DNA from: an uncultured delta proteobacterium
GTDB taxonomy: Bacteria; Desulfobacterota; WTBG01
DNA: 64,000 nt
NCBI GenBank assembly: GCA_963793865.1
Contig: CAWCBP010000001.1
Location: 320,001 to 384,000, forward strand
Direction of reading: 5' to 3'
The notes under the pieces are model-generated. The model did not search any database. It saw only the letters and a program-made list of their open reading frames with translations, and had not been told where the DNA came from. A program made the translations under genes and the position numbers. Positions within the stretch are counted from its first letter, which is position 1, and the number at the start of each line of letters is the position of its first letter. Below, piece after piece: positions 1-10,400 of the stretch.

Positions 1-2
1 TC

Positions 3-1268
3 CTGGTCTGGGCAATCTTTTTTTGGATCAGGGGAATACAAACTAACCGGCAGCTGTATTTTTTACTCTCTGCCCTTATGATTACAGCCTGCAGCTTGAC
101 AAAGTACTTTGGGGTGGCCTTGATCCCGCTTCTTGTTGCTTATGCACTTTTACAAAAACGGAGGTTGGGCCTGTGGATGTGTTACCTGCTTATCCCGGTT
201 ACGTTCCTTGCCGGATATCAGTGGATGACCCATAGCTTCTACGGCCTCGGTTTGTTGTGGGACGCAGCCCTTTTCGCGAGCGGGTTTCAGTCAGTCGGCA
301 ATCAGACGTTTTTATCAAAGGGATTAATAACCCTGGCATTCACCGGCGGGTGCCTTGCAAGTGTTTTGTTCTATGCGCCGCTGCTATGGTCACGCAGGGG
401 TTGCCTTATCGGTGTTGCCCTGATTATTCTGCTTCTTTTTGCACTTGCCTCCGTCCAAAAGATAGGCGCTGTGCCCACCCATGATGGGGATTCGGTTAAA
501 TGGCTTTTTCTCCTCCAGGCTGCAGTCATGGTTGCTGCAGGAGTCAGTATTATAACGCTGGCATTGCGTGACTTCCTCACTTTCAGAAATGCCGAATCCT
601 TGCTGTTACTGCTCTGGGTAGCGGGGACGTTCATCTTCGCGGGCTTTGTAAACTGGGTCATTAATGCCCGGAGTATACTTCCCATGGCGCCGGCCGCAGG
701 GATTTTGATCATGCGAAGAATTGATCAGCACAGGAATTCAGGCAAGCGCTTGAATGGACTTTTGTGGGCAGCGGTGCCGCTCATTCCCAGCGTTTGTATT
801 GCCACAATCATCAGCTGGTCTGATTACCAGTGGGCTGGGACTTCACGGGCAGCAGCTGTCAGCATCACCAGATCTTTTGAAAACAGAAAAAGCACTGCTC
901 TGTGGTTTGCCGGCCATTGGGGATTTCAGTATTACATGGAGGCCGGGCGGGGCAAGGCAATGGATTTGGCAGATCAGGCAGTAATGCCCGGGGATATCGT
1001 TATCTTTCCTTTCAACAACACCAATATTCCCATCAACATGTCGCTATTTCAGCAACACAGCAGTTTGTTGCAAATTTATGAGGTGGGGCCGCAACAGTGG
1101 CTGACAACAATGCATAGCCTCATGGGAGCGGGTTTTTACAGTCATTTAGTGGGACCGCTTCCTTTTGTCTTTGGTTTGAAAGACCCTGAAAAATACTACG
1201 CGTTTATTGTAGAACAGGCTTACACCATCCGTTATCGCGAGCAAGTACAACACAACCGGTCCTCATGA
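3..1268 (+). CDS. GT-C fold (ArnT/PMT-like) membrane glycosyltransferase, 5'-partial
   Basis: Frame open from window start; many TM segments, LTKY motif, NARSILPMAP motif, soluble C-terminal domain. Confidence 0.6.
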   Translation: MVWAIFFWIRGIQTNRQLYFLLSALMITACSLTKYFGVALIPLLVAYALLQKRRLGLWMCYLLIPVTFLAGYQWMTHSFYGLGLLWDAALFASGFQSVGNQTFLSKGLITLAFTGGCLASVLFYAPLLWSRRGCLIGVALIILLLFALASVQKIGAVPTHDGDSVKWLFLLQAAVMVAAGVSIITLALRDFLTFRNAESLLLLLWVAGTFIFAGFVNWVINARSILPMAPAAGILIMRRIDQHRNSGKRLNGLLWAAVPLIPSVCIATIISWSDYQWAGTSRAAAVSITRSFENRKSTALWFAGHWGFQYYMEAGRGKAMDLADQAVMPGDIVIFPFNNTNIPINMSLFQQHSSLLQIYEVGPQQWLTTMHSLMGAGFYSHLVGPLPFVFGLKDPEKYYAFIVEQAYTIRYREQVQHNRSS

Positions 1269-1415
1269 AGGCTGTGAACGCCTTTCCCGGAAGAAGCCAC
1301 GCGACTGAAAAACCGCCGCCACGGACTGTCTGCGTCCCGCTTTACTTACGTTTGATGCTTTTTGGAGTTTCGGCCAAGCGGTCATTGATGTATCGTGCGG
1401 GGAACGGCCGTACAT

Positions 1416-2294
1416 TTATTTTTTGTTAATGCGGTTCAAGAGCTTGTCTGCCAGGGCCGTATCGAGGGTTTTTAAAATTTCATGCTCTTTATGAGCATTG
1501 GCCGTATCGCCCTGGGCTAAATAACCGATGCCCAGGTTAAAATGGGCCTGTGCGAAATCCGGCTTCAGCATGACTGCCTGATTGAAAGCCTGGACGGCCT
1601 GCGGATATTGACCCAACTTGCTGTAAGTGATGCCGAGATTGTAGTGGGCCTCTGCATAATTCGGATTCAGCCTGATGGCATCTTCATATGCCGCGGCGGC
1701 ATCCTGGTAACGGTCTAAATTGCCGTAATCAATGCCCAGGTTGTAGTGCGCCATCGCATAATCCGGTTTCAGCCTGACGGTCTTTTCATGTGCCGTGGCA
1801 GCTTCCTGATACCGGTTTAATTTGCCATAAGCAATGCCAAGGCTGTAGTAAGCTTCTGCATCAGACGGCTTCAGTCTGATGGCCTCGTTGTATTCCTTTA
1901 TGGCTTCCTGGTATCGGCGTGTAAAGTAATAAACACTGCCCAGGTTGAAATGGGCCTGGGCAAAATCAGGTCTTAGCGTAATAGCATGCTCGAATGTCTG
2001 GATGGCCTCCTGGTATCGGTTTAATTTGGCGTACGTCATGCCAAGATTGCTGTAAGCCTCTACAAAATCCGGTTTCAGTCTGATAGCCTCCTGATATTCC
2101 CGGATGGCTTCCTGGTATCGGCCCGCGTTGCCATATTTATTGCCCAGAGTGTAGTGAGACTCTGCACTATCGAATGCAAGTGGATCTTTAAGGATGCTAT
2201 TCTGCGCATGCGATTGATCGGATAACAGCAGAAAGGACAATACAAGGCTTGCAGCGAGCATGGGGAAGAGGGAAAAGAGTCGAAGCTTCTTCAT
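1416..2294 (-). CDS. Exported tetratricopeptide-repeat protein
   Basis: Signal peptide followed by about seven 34-aa TPRs (AHYNLG...YQEA...AIRLKPD). Confidence 0.92.
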   Translation of the reverse strand: MKKLRLFSLFPMLAASLVLSFLLLSDQSHAQNSILKDPLAFDSAESHYTLGNKYGNAGRYQEAIREYQEAIRLKPDFVEAYSNLGMTYAKLNRYQEAIQTFEHAITLRPDFAQAHFNLGSVYYFTRRYQEAIKEYNEAIRLKPSDAEAYYSLGIAYGKLNRYQEAATAHEKTVRLKPDYAMAHYNLGIDYGNLDRYQDAAAAYEDAIRLNPNYAEAHYNLGITYSKLGQYPQAVQAFNQAVMLKPDFAQAHFNLGIGYLAQGDTANAHKEHEILKTLDTALADKLLNRINKK

Positions 2295-2559
2295 GGCAGT
2301 ACCTCCTCATATCAGTAAGCGGGGTTACCCTCCCCCGTCTTCTCCGGGGGGCGCATAAATACTCTATACCATAAAACGGCAAACAGGGTAAAGGTGAAGG
2401 TAGGGGTTTTTTTGTTGGTAAGATGAGGGGCATTTTGCTATAAGGGAGCTGTGCGGACTGCTGACAGCAAGGCTGTCGGCTTTAAAACCGTCATCCTCAC
2501 CGTGTTCATGTGCTTTATCTGATTTGATCATGGGTGAGAATCTATGAAAGGATCATAAA

Positions 2560-3114
2560 ATGAAAAAAGTAATTGTGTTCGCAGCTGTTGTCGTGACAAT
2601 GTTTATGAGTAATCCGTGTTTTGCTCAAATTAACCAGTGCAACGGATCGTTGCAGGGCATAAAAAGCATCGGCGTTGTTGTCGGTGACGCTCCCCTGACC
2701 GGTAAGGTTGATTTTCTTTCTCAGATTAAAACCGACGTTGAAGGCAGGCTCAGAACCGCGGGTATCAATGTTTATGACCTGGATATGCTTGCAAAGCCAA
2801 AAGACAAAAGAAGGTTCTTCGACACCAGCGGTTTCCTGGAAATAAATTTTTTTATGAAGGAATTGGAAAATACCAAGCAACAAGCTTCGGAACAGAGGGT
2901 GATATACACTATCCTGCTTGTGCTCAGGCAGCGAATAGAATTGGATAGAAATGATGTGAAGTGCCTTTCTCCCACATGGGTCGAAGGGAGTTTTAATGTA
3001 ACCTGCCTGAAGTCGGAATTGGAAGATAAAACAAGAAAGAATATAAGCGATTTGGTGGGTATATTCCTGGACGCCTACGCCACTGAAAATCCCAAACAAA
3101 CAGGGAAACCATAG
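2560..3114 (+). CDS. Secreted hypothetical protein
   Basis: AAGGA RBS, MKK-hydrophobic-CFA signal peptide; no family recognised. Confidence 0.7.
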   Translation: MKKVIVFAAVVVTMFMSNPCFAQINQCNGSLQGIKSIGVVVGDAPLTGKVDFLSQIKTDVEGRLRTAGINVYDLDMLAKPKDKRRFFDTSGFLEINFFMKELENTKQQASEQRVIYTILLVLRQRIELDRNDVKCLSPTWVEGSFNVTCLKSELEDKTRKNISDLVGIFLDAYATENPKQTGKP

Positions 3115-3270
3115 AGGGGTGAGTTTAGTTACACGAGGAGTGCCGTGACTTGACAGCACCTTGTGGTGCCTGCAGTATTTTGGATGTATACTTTCAGATC
3201 ATCAATTTGTCAAATCTATTTTAATGAGCCGCATACCAATCCACGGTCACTCAATAAAGTTATGTAAGGA

Positions 3271-3293
3271 AATCAATGACGCACTACACTAGT
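3271..3293. repeat. 23-bp sequence AATCAATGACGCACTACACTAGT, identical copy at 35083-35105; possible element-end remnant
   Basis: Exact match between two intergenic positions, ending in CTAG(T). Confidence 0.6.
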
Positions 3294-3466
3294 GGGTTAA
3301 CATTACTTGAATTTAAAGGAAAAATATGGTTTAATGATTATACAATACATGAGGTAAGGCAGTGGCTGACAGGAGAACGGGAATAATAAACCTTGGCTGT
3401 AACTACCCTCGCTCCCGGATCATGGTTCATCCGGGATGTAGAGGGAATTTTTATTGTGTGGAGCTG

Positions 3467-4507
3467 ATGAAAATCATTGCTGTAATAACGGTACTCTTAG
3501 GCTGCTTCCTGCTTACGTGCTCAAATGCAATGGCGGTCCAATCATCAAATCATATGATGACGCTGGACAGATACTACTATGCAAACTGCGATGGGGAAGA
3601 ATGCTGTTTCCAGTTTTTTCCGGAACCGGAGACTTATTTCTTCACGAACGATAAGGCTGCCTGGCTGTGGTTTAACTGGCGGGGTGCAGATCCGGGCGAT
3701 GAGTTCACCATGCTGACCTTTTCGCCGGGCGGGGGATTGTATGATCGAATGTCCAGCGATTCTTTAATAACCAGGGAAGATGGATGTCTGCTGCTCTCCT
3801 TTTCCATTAACGGTTCGGCGCCTGAACATCTTCCCGGTGACTGGCGCATGGAGGTTGCAATCGATGGCGACCACCTCTTCTCCCAGTCTTTCAAAATAGT
3901 GACGGGCAACCGGGATACTTACGTTGCCAATAAAACCATGACCCTGTATCCCGACATCAACGGCGATTGCACCATTCCGCCTTCCAACTATGTATTCTAT
4001 GAATTTGATGAAGGGGCATATTTCTGGTTTTATTTTAATTCCGCCGGCATCGGTGACGACCTGAGAGTTGATTGGTACGACCCGAGTGGAAATGTATACC
4101 TGTCAGAAACAACCCCCTATAATTGCGCAAACGGCTGTTTGTATCCGGGTATCTCTATCAGCGGGCATCAGGCGGCACACCTGCCCGGCAGGTGGCGGGT
4201 TGCCGTTTATTATGACGGGGACAGGTATTTTAATGAGTATTTCACCATCGTTGACACTTCCTCCAGCGAAGCGATCACCTGTCCGCTGTCCCTCATCTAC
4301 GGGGATGATTCGCCGCAAGCCGGTGCGCTGAGAACCTTCAGGGATGATGTGCTTCGCCCGACCCCGGAAGGCCGGGAACTCATCCGGCTTTACTACCAGT
4401 GGGGCCCCGCGGTCGTACGGGCAATCATGGCAGATGATCAGTTTAAGGAAGAGGCAAAAGAATTGGCGGACGCGGTATTAATGATGATCGAGGGAAAAGA
4501 GGAGTAG
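3467..4507 (+). CDS. Secreted protein with two tandem beta-sandwich-like repeats and a C-terminal CFI-box-CTERM-like domain
   Basis: Signal peptide at ATG 3467; two ~115-aa repeats ending HLPGxWRxxVxxDG; tail CPLSLIYG...LRTFRDDVL...GRELIRLYY. Confidence 0.7.
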   Translation: MKIIAVITVLLGCFLLTCSNAMAVQSSNHMMTLDRYYYANCDGEECCFQFFPEPETYFFTNDKAAWLWFNWRGADPGDEFTMLTFSPGGGLYDRMSSDSLITREDGCLLLSFSINGSAPEHLPGDWRMEVAIDGDHLFSQSFKIVTGNRDTYVANKTMTLYPDINGDCTIPPSNYVFYEFDEGAYFWFYFNSAGIGDDLRVDWYDPSGNVYLSETTPYNCANGCLYPGISISGHQAAHLPGRWRVAVYYDGDRYFNEYFTIVDTSSSEAITCPLSLIYGDDSPQAGALRTFRDDVLRPTPEGRELIRLYYQWGPAVVRAIMADDQFKEEAKELADAVLMMIEGKEE

Positions 4508-4576
4508 ATACTCCGAGGGGGCCCTTCCTATATTCAGGTCATTTGATTCCTCTGACACGAAAATATGGTCTGATTC

Positions 4577-4604
4577 GTAGGGGCGACCGGCCGGTCGCCC
4601 CTAC
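4577..4604. repeat. REP palindrome family A (GTAGGGGCGACCGGCCGGTCGCCCCTAC)
   Basis: Perfect 28-bp palindrome with GTAG/CTAC ends; identical copies at 15616-15643 and 22854-22881. Confidence 0.9.
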
Positions 4605-4618
4605 ATTCATGTAAGACA

Positions 4619-4721
4619 TGGATCTCCGCTTTCGCGGGGATGACAGGAGGAAGTCGAGGATAATAATTAGGAAGAAAAAATAACGGAACAAATCATGACA
4701 TTCCCGCGGAAGCGGGAATCC
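4619..4721. repeat. REP pair family C (GTCATTCCCGCGAAAGCGGGAATCC-like)
   Basis: Two oppositely oriented hairpin units; related pair at 50212-50292. Confidence 0.75.
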
Positions 4722-4799
4722 GCTGATATTTTTATGCTTCGTGGCGCCCTGAAGGAGCATGGGGTTTAACAAGAACGTATTTCTCGCCACGCAGCAGCA

Positions 4800-5405
4800 T
4801 CAGCCCAGGGTCTGCACGGTTGCCGAATCCGGGCTCCACGTTTTTCTGAGGGGAAGTTTTCCCGGTGTCATGTGCAGTAAAATCATCTTTTGCGGTGTTA
4901 TCTTTATCCAGTTGAACATTTTAGGGATCTTTTCCAGCATCGCTTCTGTTTGACCGCGGGGGATGGTTTCTCTTTGGACATACTCTTCAAATAGACCCGC
5001 CAGTGCGTCATCAAGACCAAACTGCTTGAATCTTTTCTCAAATTCATCCGGGTTGTTTTTCATGTTGATCAGCTCGGCCGTGCCCAGGATCTGCAGGCTC
5101 TTCTGCTCCCTGCTGTGATCAACCGGCTCATATATCCCGACGGACACCTTGGGATTTCTCATGATATTGGCAATCTTGCCTCCCGGCTCACCGGCTATCC
5201 AGACGGTAAGCCCCTCGCTGAAAAAGTCCACCGGTGTAACCCGGGGCATGTCTTCAATGCAGGTCCCCAGGGCGCAGGCCGTCCCATGCGCGATGGTACA
5301 TCCGGGTCTGGTTCTTTTTGCTCCCGGTTTGGAAGACCTGGCATTTAGAAAATCAACAAGCTCCTTTTCCAGTTCATGAACAGGTATTTTTTGCTTTTCA
5401 CTCAT
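4800..5405 (-). CDS. Pyridoxamine 5'-phosphate oxidase-like flavin-binding protein
   Basis: LGT...PRVTPV...GGKIANIMRNPKVSVGI...SLQILGTA split-barrel pattern. Confidence 0.8.
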   Translation of the reverse strand: MSEKQKIPVHELEKELVDFLNARSSKPGAKRTRPGCTIAHGTACALGTCIEDMPRVTPVDFFSEGLTVWIAGEPGGKIANIMRNPKVSVGIYEPVDHSREQKSLQILGTAELINMKNNPDEFEKRFKQFGLDDALAGLFEEYVQRETIPRGQTEAMLEKIPKMFNWIKITPQKMILLHMTPGKLPLRKTWSPDSATVQTLG

Positions 5406-5484
5406 CGCTTTTTCTCCTGGCGCCAAATAATCTCCACAAATCCTTCACTGAGGAGTGATACTACTGCATGGCTTACTATGACAA

Positions 5485-7006
5485 TCAGGCGTGATTGGGG
5501 AGTGAAAAATAGAAAACCGCCCCCTCATGTTCCTTCCCTTCCGCCCAGACCCGGCCGCCGTGCCGGTTAATTATGCGCTGAACGATGGCGAGCCCCACGC
5601 CGGTACCCTCATATTCTTCTTCACTGTGCAGCCGGTTAAAGACACCAAAAAGTTTTCCATAGCTTTTCATGTTGAACCCGGCCCCGTTGTCCCGAACAAA
5701 GTAAACATTTTCAGAGTTTTTTGCAGTTCCGCCAATAGAAATTAATGAGACTTCGTTCTTTTGGGTAAACTTGATGGCATTGGTCAGCAGGTTCATCATG
5801 ACCTGCCGGATGAGCCGTATATCGCCATAAGCGGGCGGGAGGGGTTCGGTAGTAAGTTTTATTCTGCGGCTGGGACTGATCTGCTGAAGGCTCTGCCATA
5901 CTTCACCGGCCAGCTGCGACATATCAATGGTGGCAAAGGAAATGGACTCGCGACCCACGTGGGATAACGCGAGCAGGCCGTCAAGGAGCTGCCCCATTTT
6001 CTGCACATTGTCCCTGATTACACCGATCAAATCCATTTCATCACGGTTGAGTCTTTCACCTGTTTTTTTGAGCAGAATCTTGGAAAATCCATCGATGGCC
6101 CTCAGAGGGGCGCGAAGGTCATGGGAGACGGAATAGGCGAAGGAATCCAAATCCTTGTTGGCGGCTTCCAGTTTTGCCGATTGCTGTTTCACCTGGTCAT
6201 CAAGTGCCCTGTGGGCTGACTTGAGTTCGCCTTCCGCTCTCTTTAGGACGGTGACATCGCGTGCCGCGGCAAAAACACCTTTCACCTCACCCGTTTCATC
6301 CGCATAGGTTGATGCATTGTAAATGACATCTGTGATCCGGCCTGATATATGGCGCAGCGCAAGCGGATAGTTTTTAACGGAACCATGCATGAAAGCCTGC
6401 TCATAGCCCTCCCGTGCTTTTTCGGGTTCGGTAAAGTAATCGGCGAAATCGGTACCGATGAGGCGATCGCGGCTAATGCCGGTAACCTCCTCGGTGGCCC
6501 GATTAACGTCCATGACCTTCCCGTCAGTGCTGATGGTAACCAGCGGGTCAAGGCTGGCTTCAATAAGGCTCCGGGCATACAGCGATGCGGAACGAACCTC
6601 CGCTTCAGCCTTTTTACGCGCTTTATGCTCCCTGACTTCCTCCATGGCCCTCCGGACAGCTACCGGAAGCTTGGCGAGCCGGTTCTTCATCACGAAATCA
6701 ACGGCCCCATTGGTCAGGATATCGATTGCGCGGTCTTCCGTCACGGCGCCGGTAACCAGAATGAAGGGCACATCCGGACAGTGCCGCTTCGCATCGCTCA
6801 GCGCGGATTGGCCGGTGTAGAGCGGGAGATCATAATCCGAGAGGATAAGATCAGGTGAAAAAGACTGAAGCTCACTGGATAAAATCCTTTTCAGTCATCA
6901 CCACTTTGGCGGTAAAGAGGATGCCTGCCTCCTCCAGTTCAAACTGCATGAGTTTCGCGTCAGCAGGATTATTTTCCAGGATGAGGATGCGGAGCGGTTT
7001 CTTCAT
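5485..7006 (-). CDS. Receiver-PAS-histidine kinase, split by one extra base near 6875
   Basis: REC N-terminus (LRILILENNPAD) continues in another frame as ELQSFSPDLILSDYDLP; PAS; H-box SHDLRAPL; N, G1 (DNGAG) and G2 (GTGVGL) boxes. Confidence 0.88.
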
Positions 7007-7223
7007 CGCGGCCCCTTGCATGCCTTTGTTTAATTGCTGCCGTTCGTGTTCAGAATGCTTGGCGGGCGGCTCATTAGCCAATCTCTTATTAATTTTAAAC
7101 TACCAAATCAGGAAGATCATTTCAAGGTGTCCGCGGGAATAATTGAAGGGGACAGGGTGCAAGGTGCAGGAGTATAACGTTACGGATTGCGTGTTGCAGG
7201 TAACTGGCAGGAGATTTCTCATT

Positions 7224-7272
7224 GTAGGGGCAGGCCCCTGTGCCTGCCCGATATATCAGGGCATGCCCCTAC
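7224..7272. repeat. REP family B (GTAGGGGCAGGCCCCTGTGCCTGCCC...GCCCCTAC)
   Basis: Related copies at 38774-38836, 44682-44742 and 47828-47857. Confidence 0.85.
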
Positions 7273-7363
7273 AATTTGTTGTTTTCTTCGTGCCCTTCGT
7301 GCCTTTTCCTTCGAGTGCTTCGTGGTTACGGTTTTGATTTGATGCAGGCGGTAGGCGCAGGCT

Positions 7364-8086
7364 TCAGCCTGCGGACATTTTGCTTAGAGATAATCCGGCA
7401 AGATACGACATGGTTTTTGGGCAGGGGCATGCCCCTGAAGTATTTCTCTGGAGCAGTGCCATTACGTCAGATAACGTATCAACATCACTCCACGGAGGCA
7501 GCAGGTGAACACTGCATGCTGACTTTTGTAGCCTGTCCAGTGTGCTTCTCAGGACCGTTTTCCCTCCCCACCTGATTTTATCAAACACTGCCCGGACGCA
7601 TGTGTCACGCCTGAACCCGATTAAATAATAACCGCCATCACGCGCGGGCCCGACAGTACCGTCATTTGTTTCAAGCGCCCTGAAGGCATCTGTTACCAGG
7701 AAGCGGGGAAGGTCAGGGATATCGCTGCCGATGAGAATGGCCCGCTCATATCCCATGCTGAATGCCTTGATGAAACTGTTTTTCATTCTTTCACCCAGGT
7801 CGTTTCCCTCCTGGGGAAGGTAGTCATAGCCTGCTCCCAGCCACTCCCTCATATTTCCCATCATGCTTTGAGGATAGACACAGATGAGGCACTGTGCTGC
7901 ATCTGTCGTAAGAGTGGAGAGCATGTCCAGAACAAAATTCTTATACAGCTCGAGGACAATGGCGTCATCCAGTTCCGCGGCGAGGCGACTTTTCACCCTT
8001 CCTCGAACAGGATCCTTCACAAAAAAGAGTATGCAATTTTTTGATGAATCATGCATGGTCTTCATTTCTGCCTGTGGCCGAACCAT
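7364..8086 (-). CDS. TIGR04282/DUF2064-like (CofC-like) transferase
   Basis: FVKDPVRGRVKSRLA, QEGNDLGERM, IGSDIP, GPARDGGYYLIG, DVDT motifs. Confidence 0.9.
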   Translation of the reverse strand: MVRPQAEMKTMHDSSKNCILFFVKDPVRGRVKSRLAAELDDAIVLELYKNFVLDMLSTLTTDAAQCLICVYPQSMMGNMREWLGAGYDYLPQEGNDLGERMKNSFIKAFSMGYERAILIGSDIPDLPRFLVTDAFRALETNDGTVGPARDGGYYLIGFRRDTCVRAVFDKIRWGGKTVLRSTLDRLQKSACSVHLLPPWSDVDTLSDVMALLQRNTSGACPCPKTMSYLAGLSLSKMSAG

Positions 8087-8812
8087 TCAGCGGTGCTGAC
8101 CGGAAACAGTCCTGTTTCCTGCCAGCCGGCGAAGGGAAAAGACGGTGTACAGCATTTTAATCCCTGCTTTCATGCTTCCCGTAACAGTCCCGGTCACCTT
8201 TGATTTTCCGATTCGCTTTCGATAGCGAACCGGCAATTCAATAACCTTCAGGCCATGGATTATTGCCTTGACCTGCATTTCAACCGTCCAGCCGTAATTG
8301 AGGTCCTGCATGCCAAGCTGAGTAAGGGCATTATAGCTGATTGCCCTGAACGGCCCCAGATCGGTAAAACGGTAGCCGTAGATGGCATTGATCAGCCAGG
8401 TGGTCAGCCTGTTTCCCCAGTAGGAATGAGGAGGAAGCACTTTCCCTGACGCCGCCCCCGCTATCCTTGATCCTATGACAAGGTCGGATTCACCTTTGAG
8501 AATCGGGGTAATGATCTGTTCCATCTCTTCCGGATAGTCACTGTAGTCCCCGTCCATAAACACCATGATGTCGGGATTGTTTGCTGACGCAATGCCTTTC
8601 AGGCAGGCGGCACCATATCCACGGCGATCTTCACGTACCACCCGCGCCCCTGCGCCGCGGGCGACTTCCGCGGTCCGGTCGGTCGACCCGTTATCGACGA
8701 CGATAATTTCGGTCACGAGATGAGCGGGGATATTCCTTATGACCGGACCGATGGAATCCTGTTCATTGAGGGCGGGGATGATGACGGAAACACGTTTTTG
8801 GTCACTGCTCAT
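8087..8812 (-). CDS. GT2 DPM/DPG-synthase-like (polyprenyl-phosphate sugar) glycosyltransferase
   Basis: IIPALNE, VVDNGSTD, GYGAA, DGDYSD, TDLGPFRAI, YGWTVEMQ. Confidence 0.9.
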   Translation of the reverse strand: MSSDQKRVSVIIPALNEQDSIGPVIRNIPAHLVTEIIVVDNGSTDRTAEVARGAGARVVREDRRGYGAACLKGIASANNPDIMVFMDGDYSDYPEEMEQIITPILKGESDLVIGSRIAGAASGKVLPPHSYWGNRLTTWLINAIYGYRFTDLGPFRAISYNALTQLGMQDLNYGWTVEMQVKAIIHGLKVIELPVRYRKRIGKSKVTGTVTGSMKAGIKMLYTVFSLRRLAGNRTVSGQHR

Positions 8813-10193
8813 GTGCTTTTCGCGAGGGATGGGGGCGAAAAAGTGATCTGCCAGTTTCGCCGTCCGGGAAAAGGACGCCCGGTGACAGCCTGGCGCGGCA
8901 GCTGTGCGCCGCATCATAGAGGAGCAGGGTGTAGAAAGGCAGGTACTCGACGAGCTTTACCGCGGTATTTTCCTCCCACACGCCTGTTTCCACATATCCT
9001 TTTAAGATCATATAGGACAGGAAAACTGAGCCGGTGAAATATATCCACGCCCGGTTCGGGAAAATGACTAGGAATGGGACAATCCAGCAGAGATACCAGG
9101 GATGAAGCGTGGGGCTGAGCAGCAAAAAGCAGCCCAGGACTACGAAACCAACATAATAGATTAATTCCTTCTGCTCATCACCTTTCTTCTGCGCATAATG
9201 AAAAAAGAGCATGATTACGAGGAGCAGAAATGCCAGAGCCGATATCCCACGCGCGGTTAAGGGCGAAACGCCCATCCATAAGATTAATTCATAAAGCGAT
9301 GCGTTGAAGACCCAGTGCTCAGAGTATGCCAGCAGAGAAGCAAACAATTGCCTCCCGGCATCTAAAAAGGGAAGGTAGAGGATAATGCCGGCGGCGACAA
9401 AGATGGAAAGGGTGATCAACTTTCTCCGTGCGAGCAGGAAGGGCAGGAAGATCAAGGGGCTGAATTTGATCAGAAACGAGAGGGCAAGGGCGAGCGCTGG
9501 AGACCAGCTCCGTTTCCTGGTGAACAAGTAGAGCGCCAGCATGAGGAAGAATATCCCCGCGCTGTCAAGGTGACCGCTTCCGGCGAATTCCATTATCACC
9601 AGCGGATTCCATGCGTAGATGATGATCGTTGTCGGATCCCGCTGCCGTTCGCGCAGGATCAATATGAGGAGTCCGATGGTGAGCAGATCGAATAGGAGAA
9701 ATGTCATGTTCATGGCACTGATGGTTGGACTGATGATCGTGCTCAGGGCAAAAATAAATTGATTGAGCGGGGGATAAATGGCGGGGTATTCATTGTGATT
9801 AATATGAGGGAAGACTGCGGAGTCTTGAAGGTGTGCAAGTGCGGGATCGGAGGGCGCCTGGGAAAAGGGATTGATACCGGCAGCAACCAGTTTCCCTTCC
9901 CAGAGATAGCGGTAGATATCATCGGAAAGTGAAGGGGTGCTTACCCACATGCAAAGGCGGAAGCAGATGGCCAGGCACAGGATGATAAGCAGGGCAGACT
10001 TGCTCTTTTGCATGGCATGGTGATTTGTGCGCACGAGAACAAGCGCCGTGCCATACAGAAGGAAGGCGGTGAAGAAACCAATCTCGCAGGCAATGATATT
10101 TATTCTCAAATCACCGAGGGAGGCTACATAGAGATAACACATCAGTTGCCCCGTTCCCAGTGCAAGCAAACTTCCCATCCGCGTGCCTTTCAA
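8802..10193 (-). CDS. GT87/DUF2029-like GT-C membrane glycosyltransferase
   Basis: LSDDIYRYLWEG, IYPP, YAWNPLVIME..GSGHLD, HPWY motifs; multiple TM helices. Confidence 0.85.
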   Translation of the reverse strand: MKGTRMGSLLALGTGQLMCYLYVASLGDLRINIIACEIGFFTAFLLYGTALVLVRTNHHAMQKSKSALLIILCLAICFRLCMWVSTPSLSDDIYRYLWEGKLVAAGINPFSQAPSDPALAHLQDSAVFPHINHNEYPAIYPPLNQFIFALSTIISPTISAMNMTFLLFDLLTIGLLILILRERQRDPTTIIIYAWNPLVIMEFAGSGHLDSAGIFFLMLALYLFTRKRSWSPALALALSFLIKFSPLIFLPFLLARRKLITLSIFVAAGIILYLPFLDAGRQLFASLLAYSEHWVFNASLYELILWMGVSPLTARGISALAFLLLVIMLFFHYAQKKGDEQKELIYYVGFVVLGCFLLLSPTLHPWYLCWIVPFLVIFPNRAWIYFTGSVFLSYMILKGYVETGVWEENTAVKLVEYLPFYTLLLYDAAHSCRARLSPGVLFPDGETGRSLFRPHPSRKAHEQ

Positions 10194-10400
10194 CGCCGTT
10201 TTCCATTCATATAGCTTTATATTGGCAGATTGTGACCGCTGCTGTCCAATTGATTATACCTATGCCGGGGCTGATATGCATGGAGATTATCAATTGGACT
10301 GAAAGAATAGTTCCCTATAATCTGTACAATGCCATGATGAGGTGCTTTCATCACAGGCCTTATCTTTGATTAATCACAAACAGGAGAGAGGAGAAAGGAT

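Noticed and set aside
6872..6874. TGA after the receiver N-terminus as selenocysteine or readthrough
   Set aside because: In-frame readthrough hits another TGA within seven codons; homology continues in a different frame
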